Below the pieces are notes generated by a model. That model worked only from the letters and a program-made list of their open reading frames with translations, searched no databases and was not told the origin of the DNA. 64,000 bases of DNA from Octopus sinensis (lineage: Eukaryota). The DNA lies in the NCBI RefSeq assembly GCF_006345805.1, contig NC_043003.1:68572001-68636000 (forward strand), written 5' to 3'. The position numbers were made by a program, and so were the translations under genes. Shown one piece after another: positions 54,751-64,000 of this stretch; position 1 is the stretch's first letter; every line of letters begins with the position of its first letter.

Positions 54751-54880
54751 TGTTAGTCCCATGAAGAGAATAATACTACTGCTATTTAGCCCTAGGAAGC
54801 AGTAGCGCTTCCTGTCGGCCTTGTCATATTTCCTGTGTCCTTAGGTTTACCTTTTGGTCCGTTATATATATATATATAAT

Positions 54881-54941
<61 letters not shown>

Positions 54942-55302
54942 CTATATTTAAGAGACAAGGAATTATGTACATTATTTACATTATTTACATTTTACGATAT
55001 TTGTCCTCATCTTGTTTATTGTTGACACAATGTTTCGGCTGATAAACCCTCCAGCCTTCACTAGAATTCTAATATGTTTACAATAGCTAGATAGGCATCT
55101 CCAACTAGCAGGCCATACTACTCCAGACTGATAACGAGCAAAGACTCAGAAACTAGTCTCTGGCTGCAGGCTTAGCTAGGGGGAGGTGCTTGTCTCCCCC
55201 TTGTAAATATAAGGGCACAGGAAATGTGTCAAGGCCGACAGGAAGCGTTGCTGCTTCCTAGGGATAAATAGCAGTAGTATTATTCCCTTAATTGGACTGT
55301 CA
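54751..55302. mobile_element. Inverted-repeat element with its own HHR, containing a nested family-1 tail
   Basis: ~100-bp inverted repeats at 54751-54850 / 55203-55302. HHR at 55123-55163. A family-1 tail (54939-55060, minus strand) sits next to the internal (TA)n. Confidence 0.8.
55123..55163 (+). ncRNA. Minimal type-I hammerhead ribozyme motif (family 5)
   Basis: CCAGA-CTGATAA-C-GAG-CAAAGA-CTC-A-GAAAC-TA-GTC-TCTGG. Perfect stem I, palindromic ACTAGT stem III and canonical GUC site; G8>A in the core. Confidence 0.75.
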
Positions 55303-56894
55303 CAATAACTTGACAGTATACAACTACTTTATCGTATCACTACTGCATAAATCTCTCTGAGAGATTTAGAAATGTGTTATTTCTAAGTTTAATTCTGGAA
55401 ATCGTCTAACAAGTTAATGACACAAATAATTCAAAACTTATAGCAAGGTTTTTATGCAGACCTCCCCGTGATTATTGAACGATAGTGTAACAAAAGTCCC
55501 TCCTTTTTCATCATGGACACATCTCAAAGGATACAAACATGAACAATTTGAATGAAATATATACTGAAACGACTATAGTTACAAACTGTAGTTACAAACC
55601 AAAATGGAAACTCTTTCAGATGTACTTTTAACGATACATTCAAAATTAATCGAAATAAAAAAGAAAATGGAGTAACAACAGAAATATATAAAATAAAATA
55701 AATTATTTCTCTGCTTTCAATGAAATCAATAGCGAAAAGACGCGGTGGAAGGAGATACCAAGAACTAAAGAAATATATTAGAAACAAACCAGTAATCAAA
55801 ATGAAAGAACGCCTGAAACAGTCTTTGCAAAACCTTAAAAATATGTCGGATTGAAAATCGACAACAAGTTTTTAATAAAATAACTCATTCCACTCCAAAC
55901 CAAAACAATTTTATCAAGCACTTGATAAAGTGAAAAACGTAACATAGAAATCAATGCTGCGCTAAAAGCAATAGCTGGGAAATTTTCAGTAAGAGGATAA
56001 GGGAAAGCGAATTATTTTTTGGAAGATGAAATTATTCAAAGCGATCAGCTCAGATTTTTAATAATTTCAAGACATGACATTGGCATTAGGTACAATGCTG
56101 CAAATTACAAACAACTGGAATGTAATAGGATAAAAATGATTCCAAACTTTTGGTTAAAATATTCAAAAGGAACATATAACGTGTTAGTGAAGATGTTTAA
56201 AATGAAATACTATTACAACCCGAGCTATATGTGACGAGGTCATAGAAGGGATACTAACTTAGCCGCCAAAACCAATAGAAGAATATATCAGGAAAACTAT
56301 TGTCCCATAATCTGGATCTCTACAAGCAATACGATCATAATTGAAACATCATTGCAGGGACGAATTAAACTTACGGAAGAAAGTATTTCCAGAAGAGCTG
56401 CAAGTCTCATATGGGTGTAAAGAGTAATTACAAATCAACAAAAACATAAACGAAGAGTGTACCAAGATAAATGAGAGCCACCAGACATACAGGTCCTGGG
56501 AGTATTAGTTCTGAGTAAGGTAATATGCTACAAGAAACTTTATGATGAGAATATCACAAATAAGTTTGGAGATACAAAGTAAAAATGAGAGTCCTAACAG
56601 TTAAACATTTCTATTAGAAGCGGAAAATTACAAAGGAAATTCTTCATTTCCATTTTCTGCTTTACGCTGACATCTTTAAAAGCAGGTCGAATAGAATAAG
56701 ACTTCGATACAAAAGTTACGGTAAGACAGCCATCTTTTGTATATGAACGGACTAAAAATGTCTGCTGTAAATTATAAATTAGTAAAAACAACTCTGATTG
56801 TACGTACATTTGCCAAGCAAACTGATGTGAGACTCGGTTAAAAGGATGCGCGAACGCAACTTTGAAGAAAGATACAAAATTAATTTTTCTAATA

Positions 56895-57075
56895 TAGTCT
56901 CAAAGCCTGGTAATTGGAGAAGGATGTCAGTCGATTACAAGAATCCTAGTATTTGACCGGTGTTTTATTTTATCAACCCGAAAAGGATGAAAGTCAAATT
57001 TGACCTCAGCGGTATTTCAACTTGGAACGAATAAAGCCTGAAGAAATGTCACTAAACCTTTTGTCTAATCAGCAT
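56895..57075 (-). mobile_element. SINE family C (degenerate)
   Basis: TTTTATCAACCCGAAAAGGATGAAAGTCAAATTTGACCTCAGCGG. Confidence 0.65.
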
Positions 57076-57382
57076 CCTTACGACAGTTACAAAATAAATA
57101 AAACTAAAGTCTATTTGCCAACGTGAAGCGGTAGTCCCGCTTACAACGATGTTACTACTGTGTAACCCAAGGAAAACATCTTTTCCAGTTGGCAACCGAT
57201 ACGTCATCTGTGTCCGTAAACTGTTAGGGTGCTCCCCCCTCCAGCCTTAGCGATAACTGCAGACCAATAGTTTCTAGACAATGTCCCTTCCTCGGGACAT
57301 GACAATCGCTGACTAGAGATGGCAGCCACTCGACCTCGCCTACAGCATATACTTTTAAAGGGACACACAATCACTGACCTCG

Positions 57383-57518
57383 TAAAGAGAAAAACAATTA
57401 ATTTTAAGTCTCTGAGCGAGAAATATGTAGTAACAGTACTGCATAGTAAAATCTATTTGCAGTACTTTTACTACTTATTTCTCGCTCAGAGATTTAAAAC
57501 TATTTGTTTTTCTCCTTA
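57383..57518. mobile_element. Imperfect palindrome
   Basis: 42-bp arms at 57402-57443 / 57458-57499 (TTTTAAGTCTCTGAGCGAGAAATATGTAGTAACAGTACTGCA), extending outward as GAGAAAAACAA / TTGTTTTTCTC. Confidence 0.8.
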
Positions 57519-59315
57519 AATTTAACTAATTTTACAATGAAGGAACAAACTTAACAGAATTGAGAATTTCGTAAACACAGGCGGAAACTATTTAATAGTC
57601 AATGAACTAGTATGCAAGGCACAAGAATAGGACACGATTAGTAAATAATTTTACAGGCAGGTTAGATTAATATTAAGACAGATGTAAAGTGTAAGCTAAG
57701 GCGCACCAATAATCTAATGGTCGTGCTATAAGTCATAGCTATTGCATTCTATATTGGACTCTAAACTTAGAAACACTAGGCAGGAAAACAGGATTATAAA
57801 TCAATTTTGAATCCAATATCTAACAGAAAAAGAATATATTTACTACATGTACAGAGAGATATGTGCAAAGATGTGCACTAAAGAAAAGTAAAAATATCTA
57901 GAAAAGATTAATATGAAACTAACAAACAGCTACAAATCTGAAGAAGTAAGTATTTTCTGTCGTCAAGGAAGTTTAGAAGTTGAAAACAGAAACTGAAGTG
58001 TTAGAGCTTCAATGACAAGTAGTAACAAAAACATAAATTGTGAAATGGCTAAAATCTGAGCTAAAAATACTTTGACAAATCGATGGCACGTAAAGATCCT
58101 TCATGACCTTTAGAGGGAAAAAGTTAGACAGTTTGGGAGTAGACAATTAAAATCGCATTACTGTTTGACACTGAAGGATTCGTCAATGTGGCACAAGATT
58201 AAACCCACAGTAAGCATGTGTGAAGCATAATACAATAATTGAATGATAGGAGGAGATGAGGATGAAACAATAAACCGTTTTGAGACTGAATGTCTAATCT
58301 GAGACATCGAGAGAAAAATTGGGAGCTGCACAGGAAGTTATGCCAGCATTATTAAATACGAAAGAAAACAATACGTATGATTGCTGGCACTGCTGCTGCT
58401 GTAGCTGTTGTTGTTGGTTTGTTGTTGTTTTTACACATTAGAAAATAAACCTATAATCTAAATTATTCGTGCTTTGACTTTTAGCATCTTTTTTACTAAA
58501 TCTCCTACTACTTTTTATACAAAGTGTCCTTTGTTTATTCAAAACAGCGAGTGAGGTATGATTTGAAGGAAATTCGACTTAACTAATACCAAACACTTGC
58601 CTGCGCCTTGTAATTGTAACGATCAGAGTTTTTAGTGTGTCATTACATTGTAACACCAAAATATTAAATAATTTGCGAGTTTGCAGCGTCATCGTGCGCC
58701 TGACTAAACCAAGTGCCAATCAGAAGAATAATTCCTGTTACAATATATTCTCTGATACAAAAAGTGTTATTTTTAACAATGCAGACACTACTAAAGTTAC
58801 TTATTGGCAGCTCTTAGAGTTTATAGTCATTTTGCTTATTTGTGGTTTTATAGAATTTTATTTGCCAATACTCAAATTTATCTACGTACGATAAACACAT
58901 TCTTTCATATGTGTTTGCTGAAAATAAATATTGCATATGGTAAAATATATTTTTTATCTAATAGCGTATATCAGAAGCCACAGAATTAAGTTTAGGAAGG
59001 AACCATGAGCAATAACAGAAGGTTAAGAACCAAAGCTAACCAAAATTGTGGCACTATGCCAATGAGATAAATCGTTATTATATAGTTTATATATAGTTTT
59101 TATAAATTTTTGGCAGATTCTTTCTTGTTGTTTCTGTGGCTCTGATATAAATGTCAACTTAATGTTTGGAGACGGTAGACATATCACCTTTGCAATAAAG
59201 TTTTCACGTTACATCAGGAAATATTAAACGTCGCTTTACTAAATAAGTGTATACACGTATCTACATAATTATTCTATGAATATAATACAAATATATACAC
59301 ACACACACATATATG

Positions 59316-59378
<63 letters not shown>

Positions 59379-59414
59379 GTCTGTATGTGTGTGCGTGTGT
59401 CTCTCTGTGTGTGT

Positions 59415-59880
59415 GACAAGAAATCCCTGCATTTAACGGAAGTTGGCAGCAAATGGATCGCCTGACCATCGGCACTCTTCCCATCCACAAAAAGTGGAAG
59501 AATATGTGTTCCAGTTTCGTGATGGTAGTATCGAGACAAGGCACCGCAGTCAGACAATAGTAGATGACGTATGCGATGTACGCATTCGCCACCTCGGCCC
59601 GGCCTTTTAGAGATAGTTTCCTCTCGGCCTATTTCTGGGTGAGAGTGGCCACCCTACTCGTTATCTCTTCCCAGTTCCTCTCCATTTGGAGGTCTGGACC
59701 GGACCAAACCCCGAGCAATTAACCGGTCCGTCCCACGATGGAGATGCTGTTGGAAGGCATGGGCTTTCTTCTCCAGGTGACGAACCGCAAGTCCACTGAC
59801 TTTTCCGGATTAAATTTCGCTCTCGTTACTGCTTTGAATTTCATTGATCGTCTGATATGCGATCGAGTTGTTCCTGCGAC
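59415..59880 (-). mobile_element. Tx1/L1-clade LINE fragment
   Basis: Minus strand LLGVWSGPDLQMERNWEEI...RKLSLKGRAEVANAYIAYVIYY...FHFLW...VRRSICCQLP. Confidence 0.8.
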
Positions 59881-60288
59881 AAAAATCCATCACTTGATGA
59901 TGATGACCTAAAAGCTATAAGACTTTTTTATTTTATTTTATTCGTGCTAAAAAAAAAGAAAACGTCCAAAAACGCTGTTTTGTGGTTGAACAACATCGAC
60001 TGTTGTTGATATTAATGATTATTCTTTTGGTGTCTTGCTCACCAATCAATATGCCTGCGGCTTGACACTATGACGGTGACATCGTCTGCCTATACAGACA
60101 CGCTCTTCCTGCATTCCAGTTCTTGTGGGGTGCCCCTCAGCATCACCAGCTTCCACAGAAGTAGCTCTAAAGCCAACACATGTAGTTGTTGTTGTTGTTG
60201 TGTGTGGTGGTGGTGGTGCTGGTGATAGATAGACAGAGAGAAACAGACAAACAGACAGACAGGCATACAGACAGACAGACAGACACAT

Positions 60289-60395
<107 letters not shown>

Positions 60396-60606
60396 GAGAT
60401 TGATAGATAGATCATCTAGCCTAATATCATTAATGATTATTGAATATTGTCTTTCACAACTCTAGGCTTGTCAACATCATTATAATCTTTGGTATTGTTA
60501 ATACACATATATGTACTTGTTTACTACTACCGTTGTGAGAGGACTTGGTAGATGGAGACAGGAAGAAGGCCGTTGTATGTATACATACATACATATATAT
60601 ACATAC

Positions 60607-60666
<60 letters not shown>

Positions 60667-60719
60667 ATATATATATTTATATATATATATATATATATAT
60701 ATTTACATATACATGCTTT

Positions 60720-60922
60720 TGTCTGTGTTTGTCCCCGCACCATCGCTTGACAACCGATGTTGGTGTGTTTATGTCCACGTAAATTAGCGGTTCAGCAAAG
60801 AGACCGATAGAATAAGTACTAGGCTTACGAATAATACGTTCAGGGGTTGATTTGTCCGAATAAAGGCGCTGCTGCAGCATGGCCGTAGTCAAATAACTTA
60901 AAGCCATAAAGGGATAAAAGAA
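60720..60922 (+). mobile_element. SINE tail (family B)
   Basis: CATCGCTTGACAACCGATGTTGGTGTGTTT...AAAGGCGCTGCTGCAGCATGGCCGTAGTCAAAT matches 4405-4587. Confidence 0.8.
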
Positions 60923-61523
60923 AGAAATGAACGTGTGTGTGTGTGTGTGTGTGTGTAATTCAGATTTATTGGAAGGAAGAGATAACGTATTCTTGGTTAT
61001 ACAGCAAACGTAGATTAAGAGAGAGAATCTCTTGTCTGCATAGCTTTTGTATAAATTCAGCTTATACAATCACCTTACTGAAATTCATTATAATGAGAAG
61101 TAAGATTTTGCATAAGATTTTACCCATCAATCCAGTTGTATCTTATCTCGATTCCATCGAAGATAACAGTTTCCGACCATTGCTAAAGTGACAAATGGTA
61201 GCCATTATGCATTGCTTACCACTATTTTGATAATGTGTAGACTCCAATAGATACAATTCAGATACAACTAAAAGTGTAGCCCATAAATCGATGGCTTAGT
61301 CGATAGATATAGCATAGACGTATTTCATTTGCATCATACAGAAAAATGAATGAATTAGACACAATTCTTAACTTTTGGTTCGTTGCTTATATTTCGTCGA
61401 TTTTTTTTTTTGTCTTAGTTGCATTACTATGTTCTTTTGTGATTATATCACTCTTTTCTTTTTGTTTATCTGTCTTGTGCATAATGGGCATTCTTGGAGA
61501 TATTTTCACAAATGTATATATAT

Positions 61524-61580
<57 letters not shown>

Positions 61581-62312
61581 ATACATATATATACATACAT
61601 ACATACATGTACTCAGGTGCGTACACATGTATATGTATACATCACATATATATACCGCTAGCGTAGACATACATATTAGATAAAATACATATTATAGAAA
61701 TATGTGTGCGTGCGTGTATGTGTGGGTGTGTGGGTGTATTCAGCTTTTTTATTTGCATACATATTTTACATTTACATCTAGTATATAATGTACACATAAA
61801 TTGTGTACAGATAGATATTTGGAAACAAGTACACACACATGTACATAAACTAAATATATATATACGTACACAAATTCTGACATACACTCAGACACACACA
61901 TTACACAATAACACCCACAACATACACACACACGCATACACACATACACATACAATACAGATGCATACATATCGACTTGAATGAAGATTCCTTAAAGTCC
62001 CATGTATATTTAGATCTTGTAAGCTACCTGCTACTATAATCGATTTTCCAAATTTTACCATGTGAGTAATAGAATGAGGTAGGAAGTGTATGTAGCACAT
62101 GGTAAATGCTTTAGAAAAAGAAAAAAATTGAATATCATTTCTAATTCATGATTCTTTTTGCAAGTTTATAAACCTGACGTCTGTAAAATATTATATATCA
62201 GAATTCTGATTTAATGAAAAGACAAAGCAATTTTGAATTTTGCATCGTAGTATGCGTTATTAGGTATTAAGGATTTTCTTGTTCCGTGAAAATAGAAATA
62301 GATTCAAAAATG

Positions 62313-62678
62313 ATAAGCGGTATTTCGACTGCCATTACGTTCTCAGTTCAAAATTCCGCCGAGGTCGACTTTGCCTTTCATTCTTTCGGAGTTGATTAAA
62401 TAAGTACCACTTACGCACTGGGGTCGATATAATCGACTTAATTGGTTTGTCTGTCCTTGTTTGCCCTCTCTGTGTTTAGGCCCTTGTGGGTAGTAAAGAA
62501 ATGGATAATTCGCCTGTCGCTTACTTTATGGTGTTGCTTTGCATTTATAATTAAAATAGATATATACAAATTAATAAAATAATAATAAGTATACAGTACA
62601 GCACTGTTTATACTTCGCGGATTTTCATCTATCGTGGAGTTTTGGGACGTAACACCCACGATAGTCGAGGGAATATTG
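62313..62678 (+). mobile_element. SINE family C (62313-62503) followed by partial MITE (62510-62678)
   Basis: GTTCAAATTCCGCCGAGGTCGACTTTGCC...GTAGTAAAGAAATGG, then TTCGCGGATTTTCA...CGATAGTCGAGGGAATATTG. Confidence 0.8.
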
Positions 62679-62949
62679 TACACGGAACAAGTCGTTGCAC
62701 GAAGAGAAATTCTCGTTTCAGACAATATAGATGTAATGGACCGTAAGACGCATCGTTTCTGTGCCGTTACACTATATCAGCTACGTATACCAAGTCGTTG
62801 TTCATGGTTACGTTACTAGCAGCTGGTCCTTCTTACATCAGAACAGTAAATATTTCATTTGCGGATGTGCGAAAAGATTTGTGAACATGGAATCAATTAA
62901 TTAATTAATTAACTGAGGAAGAAAAAATAAAATTTACACTGGCGGTAGA

Positions 62950-63900
62950 GATTCTAAGTTGTGAAATAACACAAGCCTTACATCTTTATACAGGAGTCAA
63001 ATACAAACAGGTGAAACAGCACATTGAATTGCTTAAATAGTATGCTTCATCAGAGCTAAGTCGAGCTGACTGGCAGTTAAGAGTTTGCCAATGTATCTCC
63101 AGTGAATGCAACTAGATATCCGAGACATGAGAGAAGTAACAGTACCAGGTCACAAAAGAGCTGAAAAATCCCTTAAAGTCATATTGAAAGGATGTAAACA
63201 GATGCAGTGTAACATCCAGAAACACATATGACACACAGCACGTAAAAGCTAGATCTTAAGAATGGCATAGCTAGGGAACATCTCCTAAGCAGGACAAAGA
63301 CTTTAAAACACTGCTGAATATCATATCAATATATCCGTTAATTGATGTTGCATGTGCTGTAAAAAAGTAAATATGTGGAGATGATTGCTGATATTGCATG
63401 TTTGCTGATATAGCATGCCTCAATGTGGATTCCAATGGGCTAGGATATCTTGTAAAACTCACTTATGGTAATAGAAATTTACAATCCCTATCTCAAACAG
63501 TTTTGCCACATGTGACCAGAAGGAGGTAGACCACCCACCATTAGCGTGGCTGTAAACGAGACTAACGCAGAGTGCTGGGTAGGATGAACTAAGCATATCC
63601 GAACTCCAAACGCCGCGCTAAACAAGACGGATTTTGGCACATGCTATCACAGAATAGTACTAAAGAGACAAATATTTAAATTCGATAATAAACTATATAC
63701 TCAAAACTGTGCAACCATTGAAACTGATATTTCTGATGGTGCGATAAAATAGTCTCGAAAATAATTACATATATCAGCTCCAAACATCTAGACTAATGTT
63801 CCTATTGCAGAGTAGTATTTTTTTTTTACTGCAGTAAAATCCATCTTGTTTACTTTACATATTTATTTCAAATTCTTCAATGAGTACAACCTCATGAAAC
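62950..63900 (-). pseudogene. Possible decayed RTE-like LINE
   Basis: Only a weak echo (SVLKSLSCLGDV, compare V..F.YLGD) on the minus strand. Confidence 0.3.
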
Positions 63901-64000
63901 AGTTCAACAAAACAGTGAAATTTGCCAATGGAAAAATGTGTGAAATATCTTCGAAGCAAACTTAACCCACCCCACATCTGCGAATACACACGCACACACG

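Larger units (their letters stand above)
55310..58370 (+). pseudogene. Ancient, heavily decayed R4/Dong-like LINE ORF interrupted by younger insertions
   Basis: Motif echoes in order: ENYCPI (~56290), PEEL...GCKE*LQINK (~56390-56440), LDSKLR (~57755), W.VKILH (~58085), DTEGFVNVAQD (~58167) and DEDETINRFETEC (~58255). The latter three parallel the 52393-53558 element. Confidence 0.55.

Overview
Very AT-rich, microsatellite-dense eukaryotic DNA made up almost entirely of decayed transposable elements. The SINE families, microsatellite load and TE mix resemble a coleoid cephalopod (Octopus-like) genome; this is inference from recall, not a database result. No intact host protein-coding gene is visible, and most listed ORFs are translations of (TA)n/(CA)n/(TAGA)n/(TAA)n repeats. 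Recognisable elements are three mariner remnants, a Tc1 remnant with an internal inversion, pogo/Tigger-like MITEs, fragments of CR1/L2-, RTE-, Tx1- and R4/Dong-type LINEs, a Penelope-like GIY-YIG remnant with inverted terminal repeats, and many tRNA-derived SINEs. The main hidden signal is a set of about 15-20 minimal type-I hammerhead-ribozyme (HHR) motifs (stem I - CUGANGA/UUGANAA - stem II - GAAAC - short, often palindromic stem III - NUH - stem I') from several unrelated families. They sit mostly in inverted or palindromic elements abutting (TA)n tracts. One family fuses a tRNA-derived Pol III head to an HHR tail, i.e. a ribozyme-bearing SINE/retrozyme-like element. Also present are an isolated ~220-nt imperfect hairpin, a candidate Pol II promoter with a first exon (~50.3-50.8 kb) and a canonical RFX X-box. 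Coordinates of decayed elements are approximate.
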